This document shows, piece after piece, positions 1-13,663 of a stretch of 64,000 bases of DNA; the first letter of the stretch is position 1, and each line of letters starts with the position of its first letter. The notes under the pieces are model-generated. The model did not search any database. It had not been told where the DNA came from and worked only from the letters and a program-made list of their open reading frames with translations. Source of the stretch: Azolla caroliniana (lineage: Eukaryota > Plantae > Polypodiophyta); the NCBI GenBank assembly GCA_043228905.1, contig JBHGNT010000020.1, positions 2,108,001 to 2,172,000 of the forward strand. The letters are read 5' to 3'. Position numbers and translations under genes: made by a program.

Positions 1-2376
1 AAAAAAACCTCTTGTGCTTTTATCACCAAAGTTATCCCCTCTTCCTAATGCTCGTATCTGCCAACTAGGGTCTGCCATGATAGCCAACATATATTTCCCC
101 ACTTGATTGAGCCTTACACCTGACATAATTGCAACAAGTGGCCAACCCCCGCCATATTCGATGGGACGTTGGGCAGTCCCACACAATGTGTCGTATTGAT
201 TCTACTACATTTGAGCACTCTACACAATTAGGAGAGCTAAGGTTCCCACATTGCCATGCTCCCATCGGTAGTGACTTATGTATTAATAGCCTCGCGTGTT
301 GTTGTTTCCAGATTTTCTGCCAAAACTTGGTGATAATTGTGTGAGGAACTTGAAGTGTGTGTCAGACCTTTGCAACAGCCAGCTCTCAGGCAGTTTGAGC
401 AGCTAGAATGTAGCGACCCAATCTAGTTGTGAATTGGAAGAAAGGGATGGGTTTGCTTCCTTGCCCCGCATAACGATCACGCCATGTCCATTACAAAGGG
501 TCCCAACTGACCTTACATAGCCATGTGTTTTCATGAGTACATATGTGCCAATCGGGTTGTACTTTGATCGGATCAAGATCTACAATCCATTTATGACCAG
601 TATACGCGAGTACTCGAATTGCGTTATTTCGTGTTGGTGTCTCAGTGTCTCGCAATTCAAAGCCTTCGATCCTGTTTGGTGTTCCCCTACCTCTCGGGAT
701 CAAAGATCCCTCCTCCTCGTAGCCTATCCATTTCTCCATTATCGTCCTTTGAGTAGCAACTTCCCTAATAAGTAAAGCATTAATGATTTTCGATCTCATA
801 GTCCATCCGCCCCTGATTCCATGGAGTATGTTGGCTTGATCTTGTAGTGGCAGTGACATAAACCATCTCCAACATTCTATACTTTTTCCTGGACCTTCTG
901 CAATGTATCCCCATGACAACCCCTTACGTGATCCCAATAGTTGATTAGATTCATCCTTGATACATGGGTTCCATAGGATACGTTGAATGAACCAGGCAAG
1001 TTCGGATCTCGGTTGATCGCACTTGAGCCCTCGTCTAATGCCACACCATGCCTTCCACATGGATGCACCGAATCTATCCTCCAATTGGCAGGAGAAACTA
1101 GGTTTGAGATCCATGTTTAGAATCCATCCCGTTTGGGGGGCCCAATTGACCCCTTTTCATGGCCTAAAGTAAGCGAAACATAACCACATTAGTATTTTCC
1201 AACAATCATTTCCTGGTTGGAGTCCTCGCACCACAAATTTGGCGAGTAAGGCTTTTGATTGTGAAAGGGGATCAATAAGACCCAATCCCCCTCTCAACTT
1301 AGGTGTTGTGAGTATAGGCCACGCCACCTTGACGCGAGTTACATGATCTTCCTTACCAGACCAAATGTAGACTGCATAGGGTATCTTTGATCTTGGACTT
1401 GGACCAATCCTCTTGTGTCGGAAGCAAGAGTGGAAAAGAAATTGAGGTCGTCCGTACTCCATTCTTGTGTACCGCTGATACATGTACCATTATTGTGTCC
1501 ACTGTCGTATACCCTATACCTAGCCATTTCAGGGCATTTTGCGGGTGTGGTTCAAGGTCTTGGCTAGATGTATCACACTCATTTATGGCTGGGAAGTCGA
1601 TGATCTAAGGTGTGATATTCAAACTACTGCCTTGGTTTGTTGTTTTTCCATTGGGTGCAGTTCCCTTAAAGCTCCGCATTAGGGTCTTAACATGAGTTAT
1701 CATTCGCCGCTTCCTTGTTTTGTAAGCTTTAACGAGGATTTTCTCTTGTGTGTTTGGAGTCACCTTGGGCCTTTCCTTAGGGCTTAAGAAAGCACTAGGG
1801 CAGTGTTCATCTGTGGGGGGGAGCTCAGGTAGTAGATCAGAATGATTGGGGCTCATTGGCGATGAAGGATTTTGTGACTATGGAGTTTTACGTAGGACAT
1901 GGGATTTCCCCACCACTCGTCATTCCATCACAGCCTTATCGGGGCGTGGTGGGGGAGGCTTCTAATTTCCTATGGTGTCCCGAGCTTCCAAGGTCTCCAT
2001 GGTGGGATACTTAATGCGTATCATGGGGTAGTTCTTTTTTAAATGACCAAGGTTTTTGCATGCAAAACATTGTCCCGATGCGCCGATCACTTCTATGCGT
2101 TGTTCAATCCGTATTCCGTTTTTCCCCGGAATGAGGATCTTGGAAGGAAGTTTTTTGATCTCATGCACCAAGAGGCAGATAGAGGGAGGGCCTAGGTGTT
2201 TCTTTAGCCTGTCCGCTAGCGTTAGTTCCTCGTCCACCATCATACCCAAGGAGTTTCCAATAGTAGGAAATAACATGTCTACTATTAAAAATATGGTGGA
2301 TAGGGAAGATATCAAAGTTTCTATTCGAGATGATTCGTTTTCTCTAGAAATTTTGGGAGAAATAAATTTGGAGTAG
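1..2376 (-). mobile_element. Degenerate, internally deleted L1-type LINE
   Basis: ORF1-like zinc knuckle CFACKNLGHLKKNYP (1962-2315), post-RT motif VAWPILTTPKLRGGLGLID (1157-1483) and zf-RVT-like CVECSNVVESIRHIVWDCP (65-265). No endonuclease or RT core lies between ORF1 and the GGLG motif. Confidence 0.8.
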
Positions 2377-2727
2377 GAAGTCTAGTAATCTAGTGTTTAC
2401 AAGTGATGATTGCACAATTGTTAAAGGTGTTTAATGAGGGCCTACTCATTTTGCTGTTTTAAAACTTATGGCCTCTTTACAATTAGGAGATATAATATAG
2501 TGAGTTCAATTTATTCCATTCACTTCCGTTTTTATGTGCAATGTCCTCTTCTTTTGTTTGGGAAATGTAAAAACCCAGAATATAAAGAGTACATTGCTTT
2601 TGAATCCTACATAAAAAAGGACGGCTAGAGGGCATATATTATGTATTCAAATCAAAGTGGTTCCTCTACCACCATTTTGGAGTTAATTGTTTGCAATTGA
2701 CAACTTTGATATGGTATAACGATGTTG

Positions 2728-2754
2728 CTCTCTCTCTCTCTCTCTCTCTCTCTC
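2728..2754. repeat. (CT)n microsatellite
   Basis: Read directly. Confidence 0.95.
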
Positions 2755-4847
2755 CAGACATTTGAGTATGAGCATCACCCTTTACAAGAATGTCCCATCT
2801 TTGATCATATTTAATATTTTTTCCCCACCTTTTCACCACAAACTTGTATCTCCACACAGATTTCTTCTTTGTTTACAATGTGCACTCTAAATTGCAACAT
2901 TCACTAGAAACATTCTTTTGTCATTACCTAACTCCATACACACAAAATGATGAAATCATTCTTTTTTGTCCTGTAGGTCATATTTGACCCTCGATGACAA
3001 TAATAAAATTTATGCATCCATCTCTCTTGAAAGGAGGCGAGAAAGAGGACTTATCATGTATTCAAAAATATTTGTAATGGAGGAGAAATTGAATTTTGGA
3101 TTCTCAAGAAATATCTCTTTGATACTAGTTGATTATGGTGTTGAAGTTTGGGTTTGTCGCATTTGTTAGTCCACTTAGAAAGTGTTTGAAAATCAGTAGT
3201 TTCTTAAGAAGTTTATTCAAGTCAAGCGACAAACACTACTAGTACTTCTACTCTTCAAAGAAAACCTTCACATCAGCTTCCTAAAATCTCAAGGTCAACA
3301 AGTAACAAAATTTACAGTGCTAAATTTTTTTATATACAAGTAAATGCAAGATAACTAGGTAATGGATTCGATCATGAGATGCATTAGCTTGGTTCGTGGT
3401 GTATCCCTACATTCCTCATGACTAAGATTTTCTTTACAACACCAATATATCATGTCTTAGGTGAGATGTCTAGACACATATTTCACATATTATATTACAT
3501 ATATGTATTGAACCAAACAACACAATAATCTTCACCCCAAAACAAGAAAACCGCACTCACCCAAACCTTTAGCCCCCATGCATACCATTACTTCCATACG
3601 ACTTAGCTCATGTCCACTTCTATGTGAGATAGGATGGTTAGCACAAGCAAAAGTAAACATGGTGTAGATGATGAAACAAATGATTATAAATGGTTTAATG
3701 ACAAAGGTGGTTGAATTCGAGGTGGGGTCGATATAAAACATTACATGTATGTATTACAACAACTAATTGCCAACACTTACGTGTTTAGGAAAGTTCCATC
3801 ATATAGGAATTTTGTTTTTAATAATAAATCAATAAATCTATTGATGATGGATTGAACACATACTTGGAAAAAAAATGTTATAATGAATTAAGTGAGACCA
3901 ATTTCATTGGTCAGTGTCTGAGTGCCATCAAATTCCAAGTGAGACTAACTAGCTAACACTTAAAATGATTGATAACACTTAACTACCATAGAATCATGGA
4001 CTCAATACACACACACACCGTCTATATGTACTAACATATATTACAATTTTTTTCGCTTTTTCTTTTCTTTTTGTCTTGTAGTTGGGAGACATCCTTCAAG
4101 TCTCCTAGTAGCTTAAAAGGAGAGAGGGAGGGAGAAAGAGAAAAATATTTTTCCTCCATGTATGTATGTATATATATATATATATATGAATATTTTCCCT
4201 CACCATTGAAATCCAAGAGAGCTAGCCTTCTTCCATAGCGACTAGGTATTATTATCTCCTCATCCATTTCCTCATGCTAAAATTTCCTATTCTATATTCT
4301 ATTTTTGTTTCTCATTTCGATTTTATTTTCTAGTTAGTTATAATTCCCATTGCCGATATTAATTCACACTGACAATTTGAGTACCATAACATTTTGCTAA
4401 ACATGCATATATGTTTAACTAAATGATTTGGGGAAATTAGGTAACTTGTACATTATTTCACAAATCTCCATTTATATGCTTTCCGTGGAAAATCTAGAGA
4501 AGTTACTTTTTGAATAATGCTCTAGTTAGAAAATGTTGAGATTAAATTGGTAATTATGCTTTGAATTACTAAAACTCAAGGCCATGAAAAAGGGCAAATT
4601 AGGAAATTGGTTAAAACTTCATTTGCTTCTAATCATGGTTAGAATTACGGAAAGTTGTGAGTATAGAGAAGACAACTTTAGGAAAACCAAGGCAGACTTC
4701 ATTTGCTAAGTATGATTCAAATTAGAGAAAGTTGGGATAATATAGATGATAGGAATTAGAAAAATTAGACACCTAGTTTGTTTATTAAGCAAGAAAACAT
4801 ATTTGATTTCCTTGGGAGTGTTGACAAAGGATGTCATTGCAGGATAA

Positions 4848-7800
4848 ATGGGAGACGTGGAGAAAATGAAAGTGATGGTGCCGCCAGGTTTTAGGTTTCA
4901 TCCGACAGATGAGGAGCTCCTCAACTTCTATTTACGACGCAAAGTTGATAAAATATTTGACCTAGACCACATTGTGTGTGAAATTGACCTAAACCAACTA
5001 GAGCCTTGGGACCTCTGCGGTAACTTATATTCACCAACGCCTTTATTTATTTACGATGACCATATTAATTTATAGTTAATCTTGTCGACTTTTGTATAAG
5101 CTTGCAAGCACACATCTATGCTCATTTTGTGTGCTTCGCACATAGGGTCTCATTAAATTTCGCCACTACATATGGTACTATATCTTATTCAATATTTCTA
5201 ATGATTGTCACAATGATCAATCATTGAAATTACCATCATTAGACATATTCACATTGAATTATTGCAATGGGTACTTTGTCCTTTACCCTTTAGTTCTTTC
5301 TTTTGGCAGAAATGACTCTGAGCAACATATGCTTTTCACTTAGATGAGGGAGAAATGATATTATCGGGGAAGGTTTTTAGAACAAGGGTTCCTTGCATTT
5401 GCAATTTAACATCTCTTTCGTTTGCCTTTAACACCTCTTCAAACTCACTCACACAAGTTAGGTGTTGAGGTAGAATCATAGAATCATCACCCTAGCATGA
5501 AGATATGCAATGAAAACATAGTGGAGGATGTATAGCATTTATTTCTTGCATGCTCAACTCATAAGGTAATTCATGAGAAGTACGATGAGTTATTAGACGG
5601 ACATGATAATTTAAATGTCATACTCAAATCCCCACCAAGAAGGGTGAGAACATAGAGAGTTTTTATAATAAAGTAGTAAACCTCCCCTCTAAGAAGGGGT
5701 CACATACAAGATGATATGTTTATTTGGTTCCATATGACAGATTTGGCCTCATGGGCAATCAAAATTATATTCTATCAAAGACTCACCATTTCAAAGAAAA
5801 AACTTACAATATAAATAATGACTACCATTTCAGTATCATAAAGTAACAATACTTGCTTGTAGAAATAGAAGTATTGAAATCATAGCATGTTTAGCCACTT
5901 AAATGAAGTTGGATGTACTAGACTTACAATGGTTTCAAATTGCCATTGCGAAGTTAGCTTGGGTGTGGAATGACTTTATTCACATTGCTATGCGACCATA
6001 ACCCTTTCCACTACAAATCCATAATTTCTACATATTATGTAAAAAAAGCTAGATGATTTACAAAATAGCGTAATGTTCTGAGTTCTTGAGGTCTCCTTAT
6101 ACTCGAGTATTATATTGTCCAAAACTGATGGACGTTACCCACTCTTGAATCTTCAATATATATTGGTAGTAGTGTATAATTTATTATTAGTAGAAAGTGT
6201 ATGTCTCAGTGTGTAGATCTATACATATATGCACAAATTTTCTACCATTTCTTTCTAGGGAGACATATTGTTGAAAGACGGAAAATTTGGAGATATTCTT
6301 GGAGTTTCATGAACAACTAGGATTTTTTGATAAATTTTCCTAAACGTCTCGATATTGCCTTAGGGAGGTGCTCTTATTGTGTGAAATTTTGAAAAGGATT
6401 TTGTAAAGTCATTCTCATTTATACTAATAATTGTGTAGGCACAGCACAATATTAAAAATCATGATAATTGTCAATATTGTGTGATTAACTTTCATTGTTA
6501 CAATCATTATTAACATTGCCTTTTATAAAGACACCAACATTCAAGCGTCGAGGAAAATCATGTTGCCATTATTCTCTAGAGCACGTGTCAGTTGATGTTT
6601 TGCCCTTTTGTAGCAAAACATGTATTAAATTATGTTCCTGTACATTTATGGTATTCTCTTGTAAAGTATTATCCAGTTTCTCATGGCTAAATAAAAATTT
6701 GGCCAACTCGTTAAGAGAAAAATACAAAAACCATGTGCAACAGACTCGTTTATCCATTGCCGTAATGAGTTATTCAACACCTTTTTCTTCATTCACTAAA
6801 ATGTTGAGTTGGCCGAAGTTTTGAGCTTTCTGGTTGGAATTTGGAAATAATCATAGTGAGCGTTGACCAATCCAACATAACTATAAAAATGTGCCATTCT
6901 TTCTATCATCACTAATGAGTCATCTACTTTCATAAATGATTCATTATAAGAATTATTTTCAAAGGGCACTTCACTAATTTCTTTTAACCCATGGATTCTA
7001 GAAACTGAATCAAGCCCGAAGTTATACTTTTGAGTTTATGTGATTTCAAAGTAAAACATGAAAACAAAGATGATTTTTGATCAAATAATGTGACATTAGT
7101 CTCATTTCTTGATACTTTAACACATATCCTAATTTTGCATGAACACATACTAGAATGATTATATTCTATCATAAATGCAACATCCAACCCTAAACCCATT
7201 GCAAAATAACTATACAATTTTGATGAAGGTATTTGTGAGTGGTGTACAGAGAAATGCAAGATGGATGTGTCACATCAAACAGAGTGGTACTTCTTCTGCT
7301 ATAAAGATAAGAAGTATCCAACTGGGACAAGAACAAATAGAGCCACAAAGGTTGGATTTTGGAAGGCCACAGGTCGAGACAAGGCAATCTTCAATAATCC
7401 CACTCCCCCCTCATTAGGATCTATATTTGATGATAATAATAGCTCTTTTCCTTGTGGGTCTCACATTGGCATGCGCAAGACATTGGTATTCTATAAGGGG
7501 CGTGCTCCTCATGGCCTCAAAACGGATTGGATCATGCATGAATATCGACTTTATGACGAGAATAAAATTTCGTCGTCCACTTTAGCTCCTCAATCAGAAG
7601 GTCATGAATCTACCTCCTATCACCGACCGCGTCATTTCAAGCATACTAGTTCTACCAACAAGGTAATTTCTCTTTTTGTATCTTTATCCTTTAGAAATCT
7701 ATGATTATATGTGGATTACATGTATTGAGTAACATTAGGAATCTATGATTGCTTCAATCTATGGCATATTATGTATTAAAATAATATTTGCATGTACATC

Positions 7801-8798
7801 CCCATTTTTAGGATTCATAGTTATGCATGTCTACAATGAATTTGTGGTAATGTTAGAAATCTATGATTGTTTGAGACTATGACACTTATATACGCTTATT
7901 AAGATTATGTTTGCATGTACATCTACATTTATGATTCATAGGCACGTTATTGCATTAAAATTTTTGTCCTATTTGTTGACACGTTGGGACAAGCTTGTAC
8001 TTTAAAATATGTTTCATACCTTTTTCAAGAATTTGGTAATTTCACAGTGTTGCTTTTAATATACTTCTTATATGTGTTGGAAATGTTTAGAAATTTCAAG
8101 AAGATGGTTGGGTAGTGTGTCGTGTTTTCAAGAAACGTAACTATGAAGAGAGAAGCTCATGTACCTCATTATCCTACGATGTTGTTAATGAGGCATCATC
8201 AAACTCAATTCTCTCAGATACATCTAAACAACCAAATGATAATGTTACAACTTTCACATCCAATCAAGAACCTCGAACAAGTACAAACAATGACACCAAT
8301 AAGAATGGAGAAATAAATTACAACTTCGACCAATCTCTTAGAATAATGACAAAAACTTGTTGCAAGAAAGAGATGGTAGAAGAAGATAATTATCCAACAC
8401 ATGCTATGCAATACCGACAACTCCCACAATTGCAAAGCCCTAAAATGACATCTATTATCAACCATCCTTATGATTGCACCATAGATCCATTTTCAAGTGA
8501 ATGCAGGGAGAGGAAGCATGCAAATTGCCAAGAGGTGCTAGATGCTTTTAATCAAGCTTTATTGATGACAGAAGATCTCGCACATTTATTTAACAATATG
8601 CAAAATGGCCAACATGGGGAGCAATTTAATTGGAATCTCTCTGACAATATTGCAAGATATCATGGCATCGAGGGTTTTGTCAACTTATCTAATGATCCAA
8701 AATTTCCCAATTTTAACATGCATCTAAATAGAATAGTGCATACCATTGATAATTATCCATCTAGTTTTGAAATAGATCTATGGAACTTCCCACAATAA
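4848..8798 (+). CDS. NAC transcription factor, VNS (VND/NST/SMB) subgroup; exons 4848-5019, 7250-7662, 8091-8798
   Basis: NAC subdomains [78 protein letters not shown] and [12 protein letters not shown]. The GT-AG introns (phase 1, phase 0) join in frame. C-terminal LPQLQSP and EIDLWNF motifs are present. Confidence 0.95.
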
Positions 8799-10939
8799 TC
8801 AATGCAATCCATATATATCTAACCTGCATTGAGAGGACATAGAAAGGACAAGTTTATCAAAAATTTACGTAATTGTGAATTGTAATTTGATGATCTTATG
8901 GGACATGAGCATTTTGTAAATAATGATTGTATGTAGGATTTAACAAAAAAAGACTTAAGTTTACATGTTTTAATAGCAATTCTATTTGTTTACTTTACCA
9001 TTGATTCTATTTTGCATTATGCACTAGTGAAAATGTGGGACTATCAAGTTGGTTGGTTCACTTTTAGTTCACATTCTAAGGCTTTAACCCCGCCACAACG
9101 CCTAAGCAAATAAATTGAACTTTGCTAATCAATAATACATATTAGTATTTGTAAGGATTTAGTTTGAATCTTGGCATAAATGTTGTTTCCTTTCTTGTTC
9201 ACTCGGTGAGAATATCCATCTCCCTTTCACACAAAACCATTATTATATTTCTTGTAACTTCAAGTTTCCATATTCATCTCACTTGCATGGTTTTATTCTC
9301 AATAATCTAATATAGGTTGCTTTTCCATTTTAGCTAAACATATATATCAATTGTGGGCTAAAGTTTCTGTCACAAACCTCTTGCAAAAAACTTAAATTGC
9401 TATGATCAACTTCATAATTCCTAAATTACTAATTCTATAAAAGAAATAAATAATTGGTTTGAGGTGATTAAAGGCCAAAATATTTTAGCATACTTGATGA
9501 GATTAATATTTCTTTTAGTTGGTCATAAATTATAATATAATCCTACAACGTTCGTTTCAGAGTGTAAAAAATGATACCGATATGTATTAATACCCCTCCA
9601 TTGTTTTAAAATTTAAAGTTTCATGTCCAAAGAAGAAATAAAATGTAATGTGGTCAATGAAACTTACTGATAACTTGAGCAAGTATTGTACGTATATCCT
9701 CCATTATGGCTAGCGGAACAAGATGTTCATCTTCGAGCACAAGTGTCAACCAAGGATACACCCTCAATTGTCTAAGAAGATGTGAGGAGATTGATAGGTA
9801 ACATGTGAATGTAACAAAGTGTGTAGTAACAAAGAGAAATGACATATGCATATCAACGATGATCATAACATTCAAGAGAAGGCGTATGAAATAATAAGTG
9901 GCTTGGGATTCCTCGCCATCACAAAAGAACCCAACTTGGATTCCTTGAAGAAAGACGGTCAATTGTAGTAGAAAAGGAAAGAGAAGACAATGCATGAATT
10001 GTGAGAACATGTGTTGTGTGAAAGTAAATCTTGTTATCTAGATGGGTTATAGTGTAATAGAGTGGTATTACCACAATCCACCCTTAATTACACTCTAGTT
10101 AAGACAACCTTAACCATTCTTTAATAAAATCAACCATGATAATGTTAATCATAGTCTATTACTTCTAAGAACCACCAACTATAACTGTTCAACGCAAGCT
10201 ATAAAAGTTTAAGCTTGGAAATGGAATAATTTGTTTTTACAAGGTGGAGACGATGGGTAGTCCAGCCTTGCATGATCAAGACAACCTTTAGTCTGTTGCA
10301 CCATCAATAATCTCTACCATTGACATTTTTGCCATTATAATCACAATCAAGACCACCTTTAGCCCTCCCCACCATCTCCGATTTTTGCAATAGGCATTTC
10401 AACCATTACATGTTCCAATTAACAAACTTAGTCACAAAATCCCAAGCTAAATCATAAAGGCTAACCTCATTGTTGGGGACAAAATCTGAACAATGAGGTG
10501 AGCCTTTTCTGTATATTTTGACCCGTCCATGTGAAAGTTCCCTTTGAGAGTCTTCTTGACATACTTTTACTATATTTTTGGCCCTAATTTGGGGGTTTAT
10601 AGGCATTTACATTATCTTTGTAACTTTTGTTTATTGGTCATGTGTGAATGTGCCCAAATGGCCTCAAAGTTACTTATAAATGAGAATTGGTCCCAAATCT
10701 CATATAATGAGATAAGGACTTTTGGCGGCAAGGGTTTCCACTCCATATTTTTGCACAATTTTCTCTACTTTCTCTCTCCTCACATACCAACCCACTTCCT
10801 TAGTCTTGGAGCAATTGATCATGCAATCACATCTCTTTCAATTGATTGATCACAAGACAACAAAGGGTTTTATCTTTTTTGGTGAAATTTGTTTTTTAAA
10901 CTGTTGATTGCAGACATAACTACTACTACCTTGTCTCAT

Positions 10940-13154
10940 CTCCAAAGCATGTTTGAGATGAAGAGAAAGGTCGTGGTTTTGATTTTTGGAAAGAGAGAAT
11001 GTTAGGAATTCTCTTTCTTAAAGATTGTGAAGGGACACTTCTTGAAGTCAAGTTTGAAGATATGACCAATGTAGTATGGATGAAACTAAATAAAAAGGCT
11101 ATCATTTACATTAAGATGGTTGTAACATATGAGATCTTAGTGGATTTAAACAACTTTTGAGGTATGGGAGAAGTTGAAAACTACTTATGAAATTACCACA
11201 TCTATAAATTAAGTGCATCTCATGCGTATTTTGGTGTGTATGCAACTTGATGAGTCAAAAAGTGTAGTTGAGCACTTATTTGCCTTTACAAGTACTCTCT
11301 CACAATTGCAGGACTTCCGATTACCTCCCTTTGAAAATAAGCTTAAGCCAATCTTCTAGTTGATGACCTTACCTTATTCGTAGGAAACATTGGTTGTTTC
11401 ACTCTCGAATAACCCACATCTTATGTTTGATGGCATACGAGGTTCTATTTTGAATGAGGAAATCAAAAGGAAAGTTAGTGAAGAGGGAATTGGTTCAACC
11501 AATGTGGCTAGAGGAAGAATTGAAAAGAAAAGTGAAAATGTAGAGAGGAACAAGTGCAAAAGCAAAGGCAAGGTTGAACTGACTTGCTATCAATGTAGTA
11601 GGAAAGGCCATAAGAAGCCTAATTTCAAGTACTATAAAGTTGAATTAGAAAGAACGAGGAAGATAAGTGACAAGAAGAAAAAGGGTATTGAGAATCAAGC
11701 ACATAACAACGTTATGGACAAGGAAAAAGAGAAGGCCAATGTGGCTTCTAGTGTCATTGTTGAGGAACCATCGTAGATCTGCTAAATTTAACGGTGCTTT
11801 TGTTTATATTCATGCGCCGGATATGTAGATTACAAAGAGCAATCTAATTGATGCCTTGCTTACTTTGCATGAAGCTTTGTCACAAACATTGGATTGTGGA
11901 TTCAAGTGTATTATTTCATGTTATTCATATTAAGGAGTATTTTACTACCTTTAATGCAAGCAACCATGGTCATGTATATCTTGGAAATAACTATCTTGTT
12001 CTATTGAAGGTATTGATACAATGCATCTCACGGTGGGTGGTACTAATGAGTTGGTTTCGCATAATGTAAGGTATGCACCAATTATCAAGAATAACTTATT
12101 GTCTGTTGGACAAATGGATATGCATAGAAATAGTACCCTCTTTGAGAAAGGGTCATCAAAACTTATCAAAGGCTCTAGGCTATTTGTTAAAGGTACAAAG
12201 AAAGGAACTCTATATTGCTTGCATGGTAAAGCTTTAATGGGTAAGTTTAATTCTTTGGCTGAAATCCATTCATCTATGAAATTATGGCATAAAAGGCTTA
12301 GCCATATGAGCCAAAAAGGCTTTGATAAACTATGTAATTTGGACGAGTTTGATGCAAATGGCTCAAAACTTGATTTTTGTAATGAATGTCAATATGGTAA
12401 GTAAGTAATGAATTCCTACTACTCTAGTGTCTTGTGTAAACCTAATCGGCTTGATCTAGTTCATTCTTATGTTTGCAACATACCCACCAAATCTATGGGA
12501 GTGGGTCTTTATTTTATTTCTTTTGTTGATGATTACTCTAGGAAACTTTGGGTATATTTGTTAAAAATATAAGGATGAAGCCTTTGGCGCATTTAAGATA
12601 TTTCATGCATTTGTGACCACCCAAACAGATAGAAAGTTGAAATGATTACACACAGATATGGGTGTAAGTTTAAATGTGCTCAATTTAATAGATGTTGTGA
12701 AAATATTGGTATTAAGAGGGAGCTAATTGTTCCATACATCTCCTCTTCCAATGGTGTGGTTGAAAGGTATAACAAGACTTTATGTGAGATGATGAGATGC
12801 ATGTTGTCCACAACTAATCTCCCTCATGGAATTTAGGGAGAGGCCTTGAAAACTGCGGTTCATGTTTGCAATGGATCCCTTCATATGTCCTTAAAAGGTG
12901 GCATTCCTCAAGAGGTTTGGTCTAGCAAACCAACATCATATGACCACCTACAAATCTTTGGTTGTGATGCTTTTGTGCATATAAGGCATGAGTTGAGAAA
13001 CAAGTTAGATGTAAAGTCTATGAAAGGAATCTTTATGGGTTATGGAGATAAAGGTGAAATGGGCTATATGATTGGGCTACCTCAACTCAAGAAGGTAATG
13101 TGCAATGGAGATGTTGTATTTAATGAGGCAAGTCTGCTAAAAAACGATTGTGTT
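10940..13154 (+). mobile_element. Truncated, degenerate Ty1/Copia internal region (gag, protease, integrase; no RT)
   Basis: Zinc knuckle CYQCSRKGHKKPNF, protease WIVDSS, GAG-pre-integrase LWHKRLSHMS..C..CQYGK, integrase NGVVERYNKTL and SH3-like IFGCDAFVH. Many stops and frameshifts. Confidence 0.9.
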
Positions 13155-13663
13155 TGTAAAGAATTGAGTGTGATTTTGTGAAGCAGAAGAGGTCTATGTG
13201 TGTATGAGAGAGAGAGAGAGAGAGATACGCAAGGTGTATAGAAGACAAGAAGATTGTATTAACAAGAGAATAAAATAACAACCAACTATTACAAAGAAGA
13301 AGAGAAGGTGTTTATGTAGTCACCTTCTCTCTATGTTCTCTCACTACAACCCGCTCTTGGGAAGGAGGTGGAAACTTAACTACATAGTAATTATGTGTCA
13401 TGGACTTAAAGTCTATGACAAATTAGTTATGATACAAAGTGGTGGAATGTTCACACTCTTGGCTATTCCTAAGGTGTGTTCATACATTAGGGAAGTTGAG
13501 TTTGATTCTCAATAGTGCCTCTAAGTGTGAACATAACGGAATCAAAATTTAGCATGTACGACCATAAGTAAAATTTGATATGAACCCTCAGGAGATCCAA
13601 ATATATCGTGGTGCTTTTGAGAGGAAGTTGTATTGTGACACTCATGTGAGTCATTTCCTAACA
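13155..13663 (-). mobile_element. LTR in minus orientation (probable 3' LTR) truncating the Copia fragment
   Basis: TG...CA ends (tgtaaag...cctaaca), internal (GA)n, end resembling the LTR at 39903. The adjacent ttcaccctcctatttc reads as a purine-rich PPT on the minus strand. Confidence 0.6.

Noticed and set aside
6495-7259. Small ORFs within NAC intron 1
   Set aside because: No motifs; consistent with random ORFs in AT-rich intron sequence.
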